Shown in pieces: positions 1 to 6,868 of a DNA stretch of 31,905 bases. The notes beneath the pieces are model-generated. The model was not told the DNA's origin. It did no database searches and saw only the letters and a list, made by a program, of their open reading frames with translations. This stretch comes from a virus. Lineage: Duplodnaviria; Caudoviricetes. The first letter of the stretch is position 1. Each line of letters begins with the position of its first letter. The stretch is from IMG/VR virus record IMGVR_UViG_3300005298_000080, positions 1 to 31,905 of that record; one strand, written 5' to 3'. The translations under genes were made by a program, and so were the position numbers.

Positions 1-218
1 AACTAATCGCATATATCAAGGAGCGAATCGAGAGCTTTACACAAGCTTTAGATATGCGATTAGAGGAAATGCAACGAATTATTAACCGATTGCAGGAAAT
101 TGTTTACGGAAATGGAAGTGGTTTGATTGCGAAAGTAAACACATTATGGTATATCGTGTGGGTTTTAACTTTCGTGGTTTTTGGACAAGGAGTTATAAGC
201 GTTTTTGGAATATTTTAA
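1..218 (+). CDS. 3' part of the small coiled-coil/TM membrane protein (copy A of 29075..29386)
   Basis: Reads ...LIAYIKERIESF...GNGSGLIAKVNTLWYIVWVLTFVVFGQGVISVFGIF* (TAA 216-218); the same protein as the end of ORF 29075..29386 with two substitutions. Confidence 0.9.
   Translation, partial: LIAYIKERIESFTQALDMRLEEMQRIINRLQEIVYGNGSGLIAKVNTLWYIVWVLTFVVFGQGVISVFGIF
1..218 (+). repeat. Left shared flank, direct repeat of 29169..29386
   Basis: 1-121 is identical to 29169-29289, followed by a synonymous-change patch (122-158), then near identity up to the stop codon. Confidence 0.97.
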
Positions 219-230
219 ACATGATTTTAG

Positions 231-965
231 TTAATCATCGAGTGGGCTTATTATGTGTTCAGCATCATCATAAAATTCTTCTTTCGATTGCAAATAACTT
301 AAATTTTTAGCTAAGTAATCTTTAACCTTAGCTAGTAAATTTTCAGCTTCTTCTGGACCTATCGCAAGATCAAACAGTTCCTTTATAAATTTTTTCATGT
401 CAAACTCATCAAACAGAACTAGCTCCACGAATATTTCGGCTGCCAATTTTTCCTTCTTCGGCAGCCTTTTTATCAGCTTCCAAATTCTCTCCAAAATGTC
501 TCCTCTTCCTTTTGCCGACTTATAGCTTTTGTACTGTAAAAGTCCACGGGGTTTTATCTGCCATACTCTATTCTCCTCTTTTTTGTTTTTATAGTCAGTG
601 AAGGTAATTTCAAACTTTTGCCGGTTAACTGCCCCACCTGCGATAGCTCGGAAATGGTTTTTTATAAACGTCATTATGTATGTGCTAAGTCGCGTTTTTT
701 CTGGGTTGTAGTGTTTTAGGCACTTAATAAAAATATCTAACATTTCCGCTTCGGTTTCATCATTCACCTCCAAACCAAAATATTCTGAAAACCTTAAGGC
801 ACCGTGAATTATTAACGGAGCATAAGCCTGTAATAATCGCTCAAATGCTTCCCAATCGCCTTTTTTCCACCTTTCGATTAGTTGCTTCTCCTCATCACGC
901 GACAACTTTCTATAAGACTTCCCATAGTAAAGCAGAAGTGGAAAGTCACTTTTACGTTTTTTCAT
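231..965 (-). CDS. Sigma-70-family-like protein (regions 1.2/2), degenerate; allele A
   Basis: LSRDEEKQLIERWKKGDWEAFERLLQAYAPLI resembles sigma region 1.2-2.1; HYNPEKTRLSTYIM resembles region 2.3 (FDPxRGxxFSTYA); LIKRLPKKEK resembles the start of region 4. Confidence 0.7.
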   Translation of the reverse strand: MKKRKSDFPLLLYYGKSYRKLSRDEEKQLIERWKKGDWEAFERLLQAYAPLIIHGALRFSEYFGLEVNDETEAEMLDIFIKCLKHYNPEKTRLSTYIMTFIKNHFRAIAGGAVNRQKFEITFTDYKNKKEENRVWQIKPRGLLQYKSYKSAKGRGDILERIWKLIKRLPKKEKLAAEIFVELVLFDEFDMKKFIKELFDLAIGPEEAENLLAKVKDYLAKNLSYLQSKEEFYDDAEHIISPLDD

Positions 966-1714
966 ATCGTTGTATTACTCATGAAAAGAGAATACAGTTT
1001 TTCGTTAGCAAAATGTCGCCTTGCTCTCGCTTTGCTTCGTAGCCAGCACTCGAAGTTAGTCGCATAAACAATCGAAAAGCGGTTATCATACTTCCTAATT
1101 TTTTCAATCCCATATCGACAAAACATATGGATAAACCCTTTCCCAAGATGCCCTTTTGTCCTTAACTTTTCACAAATATATTGAACCTCCTTATCTAACT
1201 CACGAAAGAGAAAGTAAACTGGTGATATGTTCGGGTTAAATCCTTGTCTTTCTGTTTCATCCCTCTTTTTAAGAAGCAAATTATTCAAGGCGATAAAAGC
1301 AACCTGAACATCCTGTAATAAAAAATACTTCTCGTAGCTCTTATAATCAACTTCGAATATAGGGTGCGTTTTCTCTAGTAAACCATAAAACGACAACCCC
1401 TTATACTCTTGCAACTTCTTATGCTTTTTAACTAACCACTCATCGTACGTAATATGGTAAAAAAACCCCTCGAACGTAGCATAAACCTTAAAATCTCGAG
1501 CATTCTTTATCTTTAAGAAGCTGGGAAACTTTTTAATATCTATTTTCAAATCGTTGACTAGACGTCTTATTCCTGCGTTAACGAGATTATGTGAAATGTC
1601 AAAACCAGTTAGCGAAAATGAATAACCGTTTTTCTCATACTCGATTATGAGGTGATTAATTATGTTGTTCAGACTTACGTAAAATAGCGGACGAAGGAGA
1701 TACTTATCATACAT
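962..1714 (-). CDS. Hypothetical basic protein (250 aa), coupled to the sigma-like gene; allele A
   Basis: Start moved to ATG 1714 (MYDKYLL), preceded by SD AGGAGGTG (1722-1729, minus strand). This gives 250 aa, the same length as homolog 30130..30882. 4-nt ATGA overlap with the sigma-like gene. Confidence 0.8.
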   Translation of the reverse strand: MYDKYLLRPLFYVSLNNIINHLIIEYEKNGYSFSLTGFDISHNLVNAGIRRLVNDLKIDIKKFPSFLKIKNARDFKVYATFEGFFYHITYDEWLVKKHKKLQEYKGLSFYGLLEKTHPIFEVDYKSYEKYFLLQDVQVAFIALNNLLLKKRDETERQGFNPNISPVYFLFRELDKEVQYICEKLRTKGHLGKGFIHMFCRYGIEKIRKYDNRFSIVYATNFECWLRSKARARRHFANEKLYSLFMSNTTI

Positions 1715-1763
1715 AATGTCACACCTCCTACCTTTATTATAATTTAGGCGAGGAGGCAAAACT
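1715..1763. promoter_or_regulatory. Compact divergent control region A: back-to-back SD sequences around palindromic ATTATAAT
   Basis: CACCTCCT (1722-1729), ATTATAAT (1736-1743, reads TATAAT on both strands), AGGAGG (1751-1756). Confidence 0.6.
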
Positions 1764-2231
1764 ATGAAAATGAAACCAGAAATGTTTCCTAGGTATTCTG
1801 CAGAGGCTGTTGAGTTTAAAGGTAGGAAGTGGGTGAATTTTAACGTGGCAACCCGTGGATATGAACCGACGTTACCCAGAAAACTCTTAATCTATAAATG
1901 TGCGAAGAAAATAGGTCGTACTCTCTTTGTCGATATTGAAAAGCTAAAGAAAGAAGAGGCTCGCGGAGCTGCATATGTCGTAATAAAGTTAAAAAAGTTT
2001 AAAAACATCCCTGCATTTAACCTATACGGCCGACGATACATCATTAGGGGCCTTGTTAAAAAGCATGTTCAATGGACTTATATCCCAGAGCTTAGAGAAG
2101 CACTTGTATACTTTCATGGAGGAGCTTACTATGAGCTAGAAAAACTAACTGAACTTTTGAAAAAGATAAATGGGGAGAGCGAGCGTGATAAAGCCTGGAT
2201 ACAAAGCATTATCGAACGCTATAATATTTGA
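1764..2231 (+). CDS. Hypothetical basic protein, possibly DNA-binding; allele A
   Basis: Good SD; Lys/Arg-rich; repeated hydrophobic-G-x-x-aromatic hairpin-like motifs; distant homolog at 30933..31379. Confidence 0.75.
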   Translation: MKMKPEMFPRYSAEAVEFKGRKWVNFNVATRGYEPTLPRKLLIYKCAKKIGRTLFVDIEKLKKEEARGAAYVVIKLKKFKNIPAFNLYGRRYIIRGLVKKHVQWTYIPELREALVYFHGGAYYELEKLTELLKKINGESERDKAWIQSIIERYNI

Positions 2232-2622
2232 TGATTTTCTGCTGTTATTTATCGAGACGAGAGAAAACAACAGTGAGAGTTGCTATCTAAAAAATTCTGC
2301 AATTGTTTTTCCGGAAAAGTTTAAAGTGGAGAGCGAGGCGTTTATGTTTTATATTTTGTGGTGCCTAGCTGAGGAAAAGGCGACGGTGGTTGTCACTGAA
2401 GAATTTTTTTTGATCGATATTAGCCCATCGGTTTTGAGTGAGTTAGAAGCAGCAAACATAATTGGGAGAGAGCTAGGGGTAGTTGAGTTAGTCATGCCGG
2501 GGGTGATCGGAGGTAAGATGGAGGAGCGGGTATGGAAGGCTATAGACAGGCTAAGGGTGGCAGAAAAGGAAAAGAGGCTAAATGTTTATAGAAAAAAGGA
2601 AGTTTATAAGAATTCAAACTAA
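2170..2622 (+). CDS. Hypothetical protein; allele A (start uncertain)
   Basis: Homolog at 31351..31767; the C-terminal ~50 aa are nearly identical between the copies. Confidence 0.75.
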   Translation: MGRASVIKPGYKALSNAIIFDDFLLLFIETRENNSESCYLKNSAIVFPEKFKVESEAFMFYILWCLAEEKATVVVTEEFFLIDISPSVLSELEAANIIGRELGVVELVMPGVIGGKMEERVWKAIDRLRVAEKEKRLNVYRKKEVYKNSN

Positions 2623-2764
2623 AAAATTTTATTTGCCTCGGACACACCTATATAATATAATATATAGTGGAAGGGGGCAGCTGGAAAAAAGAAAAACCCA
2701 TGAACCAACGGATGCCTAGGAGCGTATAATAGATGTAGGTGGGACACCGACCCGTGGTGGTGTC
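2467..2764 (+). repeat. Right shared flank, direct repeat of 31612..31905
   Basis: From AGAGAGCTAGGGGTAGTTGAG onward the copies align with scattered SNPs, a 1-nt A-run difference and a 5-nt TATAA indel. Confidence 0.97.
2633..2661 (+). promoter_or_regulatory. Putative sigma-70 promoter TTGCCT-17-TATAAT for the early operon
   Basis: TTGCCT 2633-2638, TATAAT 2656-2661, AT-rich upstream. A second TATAAT lies at 2725-2730. Confidence 0.55.
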
Positions 2765-2872
2765 ATGATCGATCCTTATCATCCCCCGCACGGCCACCAC
2801 GGGTCGGAATGAAAGCAACGGGGTTATGAGGCGTAGGATTACAATTGGTCCGAGGCCTAATAACCCCTTTTC
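2743..2872 (+). ncRNA. Structured leader or small RNA: two long hairpins ending in a U-tract
   Basis: Perfect 14-bp inverted repeat 2747-2760/2794-2807; 13-bp inverted repeat with one mismatch 2820-2832/2855-2867 followed by TTTT. Confidence 0.5.
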
Positions 2873-2922
2873 TTAGTAAACTAACTGTCAAAAAAGTTAC
2901 CATAAGGTGGAGGACGTTAAAA

Positions 2923-3183
2923 ATGAAAAAGTTTGTGTCCGTGAAAGAATTAGCTGAGATCCTTAACTTGCACCCTGTAACGATCTATAGGCTCATATCA
3001 ATCGACAAAACGCTAAAAGCCTATAGAGTAGGACGCAACTACCGCCTTGATTTGGATGAGGTTTTGCGTTTGGCTAGGGAAGGTAAGATTCAGCCATGGA
3101 GTGAAAAGAGACGGGAAAGAAAGCTGTTGGAGGCGTGTCAGAGGCAAGCGTTGAAGGATCAAGGTGAGAAGCAAAAGGAGTAA
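2923..3183 (+). CDS. Excisionase-family (HTH_17/MerR-like) DNA-binding protein
   Basis: FVSVKELAEILNLHPVTIYRLI...LKAYRVGRNYRLDLDEV; ATG 2923 follows GGAGG. Confidence 0.85.
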   Translation: MKKFVSVKELAEILNLHPVTIYRLISIDKTLKAYRVGRNYRLDLDEVLRLAREGKIQPWSEKRRERKLLEACQRQALKDQGEKQKE

Positions 3184-3186
3184 GAG

Positions 3187-3969
3187 ATGAGTACTATACA
3201 TCCCTCGAAATGGATCTTAAGCAACAACCTTTCCTTCTTCCTCGACGGTGACATTTTGATCCTTGATATCGATGAGGACTATAGCTATGACTCACGGATA
3301 AGAGAAGCATATCTTAAATATGTTGAGGAAAAAGGCGTTGCTCCCATCATCGGGTACGTAGTGAGAAAGGTTGGATATTATGCAGACCATCCAAACTATG
3401 AAAATTTTGAGTTCGGACAGGTTATAGGGATTAAACTTTCATGGTACAAAAGAAAAGCTAGAAAGGACAAGAAGCAGTTTATCCTTAGCGAATTAAAGAA
3501 AGGATTAGGAGTTGACCTAGAAAAAGAAAGAAATCGACCGCTTGCACCTAAAGCGTTTATTAAAGCTGCTTATTACATTAGAGCATGTGAAAAAAATGAA
3601 ATTGATTTTGAAACATTTAAAAATAGCTTGGATCTTAGGACACGATTTTTATATGAGACATTTTTAACGCAACCAGACGAAGTTGAGTCCCTATTTTCGT
3701 TCTTCAATGATGTTATTTACTGGCCGCATGAGGATCCGATACCTGCTCTGGTCCTGTTTTGCTACATCAGTTATTGCAAAACGAAAGGAATAACGCCGGT
3801 GCTAGTTAAAGGAGAAAGCATAATCTTTCCTTTAGCACAAAAAGAAAAAATTGCACAGGTGATAAAGTATGTGAAAGAAAAAGAAACAAATCAAAATGCC
3901 GTATTTCGCGTTGGTCCGGATGTTATTGTGCCATTTAAGGAAGAGATTTTGGAATTGGTTAGGGTTTGA
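3187..3969 (+). CDS. Hypothetical protein
   Basis: 260 aa ORF in the operon with SD AAGGAG; no family recognised. Confidence 0.75.
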   Translation: MSTIHPSKWILSNNLSFFLDGDILILDIDEDYSYDSRIREAYLKYVEEKGVAPIIGYVVRKVGYYADHPNYENFEFGQVIGIKLSWYKRKARKDKKQFILSELKKGLGVDLEKERNRPLAPKAFIKAAYYIRACEKNEIDFETFKNSLDLRTRFLYETFLTQPDEVESLFSFFNDVIYWPHEDPIPALVLFCYISYCKTKGITPVLVKGESIIFPLAQKEKIAQVIKYVKEKETNQNAVFRVGPDVIVPFKEEILELVRV

Positions 3970-4013
3970 ATGGTTAAATAGTGTTATTGGACAACATCTA
4001 AAGGAGGATAGCT

Positions 4014-4784
4014 ATGAGACAAACCGCTAAACAAAAAATTCAAAAAACTGATTATCTAAAAAAGTATGTTTATCCGGACATTAAAGTTAATGATTCAGAA
4101 GAAGAAAATTCAAAAGAAAGAAGGATCGTCGAAAAGTTTATTTGTTCACATGAGGGTGTTAAAATCATTGATGGCTGCCTACATATCAATCACACTTTTA
4201 ATGGCTCAGAAGAAGAAACTGATCCTGGATTATTTGTGATTTCTTCGATGTACTTGAAGTATGTTTGGCTTTACGATATCACTCCAATTTTCTTTTTCAA
4301 TACGCGTTATGGAGATATAGTCGAACAGGAAATGGTTTGGCTGCCACTTTTACAGGATAGCCCATTTAGTGTTCTCGATACCATAGCTGTGTTCGATAGG
4401 GTTAGAGAATATGCTAAGATGATTGCTAATTCCGAAAACTTAATTTACTGGGAAGATACATCAGATGAAGACATAAAAAAGCTAGGCATTAATGAACCCG
4501 ATCTTATAACAACATTTGGAATAAACATAGACGATAGCAAATTACATGACGACAAGTTCTTAGGTTTGTTAAAGTATGAATTCGAGGTTTTTAGTGGAGT
4601 TGTTGGAATTTGCTGTATTAACTGTGGAGAAGTTGAAACATTTGGAGCTAAGTTTATGGTTCCTTGCTATGAGACAAAAAAATTCCTCCAAAATATTGCT
4701 TGCTATATCAGGAGGGTTGAGCAATTAAAAAAGAAAGGAATAAAGGATATTCCGCCTTATAAGAAATTGATGGAGAATGTTTAA
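4014..4784 (+). CDS. Hypothetical protein
   Basis: 256 aa ORF with SD AAGGAGG; no family recognised. Confidence 0.75.
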   Translation: MRQTAKQKIQKTDYLKKYVYPDIKVNDSEEENSKERRIVEKFICSHEGVKIIDGCLHINHTFNGSEEETDPGLFVISSMYLKYVWLYDITPIFFFNTRYGDIVEQEMVWLPLLQDSPFSVLDTIAVFDRVREYAKMIANSENLIYWEDTSDEDIKKLGINEPDLITTFGINIDDSKLHDDKFLGLLKYEFEVFSGVVGICCINCGEVETFGAKFMVPCYETKKFLQNIACYIRRVEQLKKKGIKDIPPYKKLMENV

Positions 4785-4893
4785 TGCCGTGGTTAGGTTA
4801 GGTATCGTTGTGTCTAGGTTGTCATAGGAATAAGGAGGTTAAATATGTGGAGTCGAGATAGTCCAAAACAGTTTACATGCGTGAGGTGCTGTT

Positions 4894-5346
4894 ATGTCGT
4901 TCCAATACCGATATGTCACGTGGCGAGATGTAAAACGCGAGATTGAAAGCGTTAACAAAGAGCTGAAAAACGTTGAAGTTAAAGAAGTCTACAAAAAGGT
5001 GATGGAGAGACTAAACTGGCCGGAACACATACACGCGGTTGAGGTTATTAAGATAGTCTGTGAGCATTATGACGGTTATGAAAGAAAGATAACCTTGATT
5101 GGTAATGTGATCCTGGGTGAGAAGGCGGGGGAAACGATTGAGTATGAACTAAAACAAGGTGACATTTTTAGACTCGCTCGGTTGCTGGGGGTTATGGAAT
5201 CGAATAGTGTTTTGGTGCATGACCTGGCTGGAGGAATCGTTGCTGTCAAGGCGGAAGCTAAGGGAGAGCGGTGGATAATAAATAGTGTTGTTAGCTGCCT
5301 CAAAAAAGCTCAGCGGAATGGGGTCTACGTTCAATCCTGTAACTAG
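4894..5346 (+). CDS. Hypothetical protein
   Basis: 150 aa ORF with SD GAGGTG. Confidence 0.7.
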   Translation: MSFQYRYVTWRDVKREIESVNKELKNVEVKEVYKKVMERLNWPEHIHAVEVIKIVCEHYDGYERKITLIGNVILGEKAGETIEYELKQGDIFRLARLLGVMESNSVLVHDLAGGIVAVKAEAKGERWIINSVVSCLKKAQRNGVYVQSCN

Positions 5347-5357
5347 AGAGGTGAAAA

Positions 5358-5612
5358 ATGAGCAGATTATTAAATGCTAATGAACTAGCAGAAATCCTAA
5401 ACGTCCCAGTTGAAACAATCGCTGAACTGACAGAACCACGAGGTCCATTTCCTGTTGTAAAGGTTAAAAAGAAGAAATTTTATGATTTAGATGAGGTTCT
5501 AAAGATGGCTAGGGAATATCGGCTTACTATGTGGGCGAAGGATAAGGCAACTGGGGTGTGGAGGGAAGTGTTGGATGAGGAGAAAGTTAAAAAATTGCTT
5601 ATTGCTAGGTGA
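5358..5612 (+). CDS. Second excisionase-family HTH protein
   Basis: LLNANELAEILNVPVETI...FPVVKV...YDLDEVL; clear paralog of 2923..3183. Confidence 0.8.
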   Translation: MSRLLNANELAEILNVPVETIAELTEPRGPFPVVKVKKKKFYDLDEVLKMAREYRLTMWAKDKATGVWREVLDEEKVKKLLIAR

Positions 5613-5630
5613 ACGATCCGGAGGCTTCTA

Positions 5631-6851
5631 ATGACCGGCCGTGATTTTATAAAACACATCCTAGCTATACACAGGGAGGTCAAGAGTGGGATAACATGGC
5701 GAAAATTAATTATGCTTTATTCCAAACTTTACATTGATCTCGGGTGGTATGTGCTGCCCTGCTATGGGCTTGTTGAGCTTGAACCGGGGCGACTAGTTTG
5801 CAGCTGTGGCAACCCGGAATGTCCTTCGCCCGGTAAGCATCCAAGAACATTGAATGGGGTATATGGAGCCACTAATGATATCAATGTAATAGCGAATTAC
5901 TTGGAACTCGATCCCTTTATGAATATAGCGATAGCGACAGGGGAGCGATCGGGAATACTAGCCATTGATATCGATAACTTGGATGTTGTGGATAGGTTTA
6001 AAAGCCAGTTCGAAATCCCAGACGATGTTTTAGCACAAAAAACTGGAAAAGGAAAACACTACCTATTTAAATACCCAGAAGATTGGAACGGAAACGGACT
6101 GCCGAATAGGGTTGGAGAAGCGGAAGTCAAAGGTAATGGGAGATATATCATGATCTGCCCTGCTAAGCACATCAAGGGGGTTATCTATAAATTGGAAAAC
6201 CTGGAAAAAATCGGAAAAAAGGAAAATTTACTTGCTGATTTACCTCCAAAGCTGAAAGAGGCAATAGAAAAAGGCGGCGTAAAGAAAAATGACGCCGACT
6301 ATAATTATTTGGTGAGTTTTTCAGGGAGTGGAATATCAAAAATCGCTAAATTGACTTACGTGCCAAAAGGAAAGAAGAACCCAGTGACTGAGGTTAGGCT
6401 TTTTGTTCCGGATGGTGCCAAAGTTTCAAAAAATCACGCTGAGTTTCTATATAAGTGTACCATTAATGCGTTGGTAATCTGCAACATTCCAGAGGCGGTT
6501 ATTGTTCGGGTTGTAAAGGAGGTCATGAAAATATTCTGTGATAGCGAGATATTAGAACAGGTTATAATAAAGGAGGTAAGGAGGCAAAAAGGCAACTTGA
6601 TTAATTACATTGGTAAGACTGTTGATTTATCGTCCGGAACTATACCAGAAGGAAGTCGAAACAATACGCTGTTTAGCATCGGGTGTGTTTTGAAGGAAAC
6701 ATTAGTTGGGGAGCATCTAATAGGAGCGATTCTATGGATTATCAACCGGGAGATGTGTAAACCACCATTAAATGCTCGTGAGGTATCCAGCATTGCAAGA
6801 AGTATTACTAACTATGTAGTCAATCGGGTGTTTCGTAATGCAACCTTTTAA
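5631..6851 (+). CDS. Bifunctional DNA primase/polymerase (Prim-Pol, AEP superfamily) with C-terminal PriCT-1 domain
   Basis: GWYVLP, CSCGNPECPSPGKHP, NIAIATG, ILAIDID (DxD), TGKGKHYLF; C-terminal EGSRNNTLF...CKPPLNAREV..IARSI. Confidence 0.9.
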   Translation: MTGRDFIKHILAIHREVKSGITWRKLIMLYSKLYIDLGWYVLPCYGLVELEPGRLVCSCGNPECPSPGKHPRTLNGVYGATNDINVIANYLELDPFMNIAIATGERSGILAIDIDNLDVVDRFKSQFEIPDDVLAQKTGKGKHYLFKYPEDWNGNGLPNRVGEAEVKGNGRYIMICPAKHIKGVIYKLENLEKIGKKENLLADLPPKLKEAIEKGGVKKNDADYNYLVSFSGSGISKIAKLTYVPKGKKNPVTEVRLFVPDGAKVSKNHAEFLYKCTINALVICNIPEAVIVRVVKEVMKIFCDSEILEQVIIKEVRRQKGNLINYIGKTVDLSSGTIPEGSRNNTLFSIGCVLKETLVGEHLIGAILWIINREMCKPPLNAREVSSIARSITNYVVNRVFRNATF

Positions 6852-6868
6852 AAAAGGAGGAAGTGATT

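Noticed and set aside
122-158. Diversity-generating retroelement TR/VR pair
   Set aside because: No reverse transcriptase gene; the differences are synonymous third-position changes, not adenine-specific.
1-2764. Ordinary direct terminal repeat or simple assembly overlap
   Set aside because: The central ~2.25 kb of the two copies is highly diverged, so it is not a plain duplicated end.
2740-2872. tRNA or hammerhead ribozyme
   Set aside because: No cloverleaf or TTCGA T-loop and no CTGATGA core; kept only as an unclassified structured RNA.
2923-5612. Excisionase-type HTH genes as evidence of integration
   Set aside because: This HTH family also includes plain regulators, and no integrase or att site is visible.
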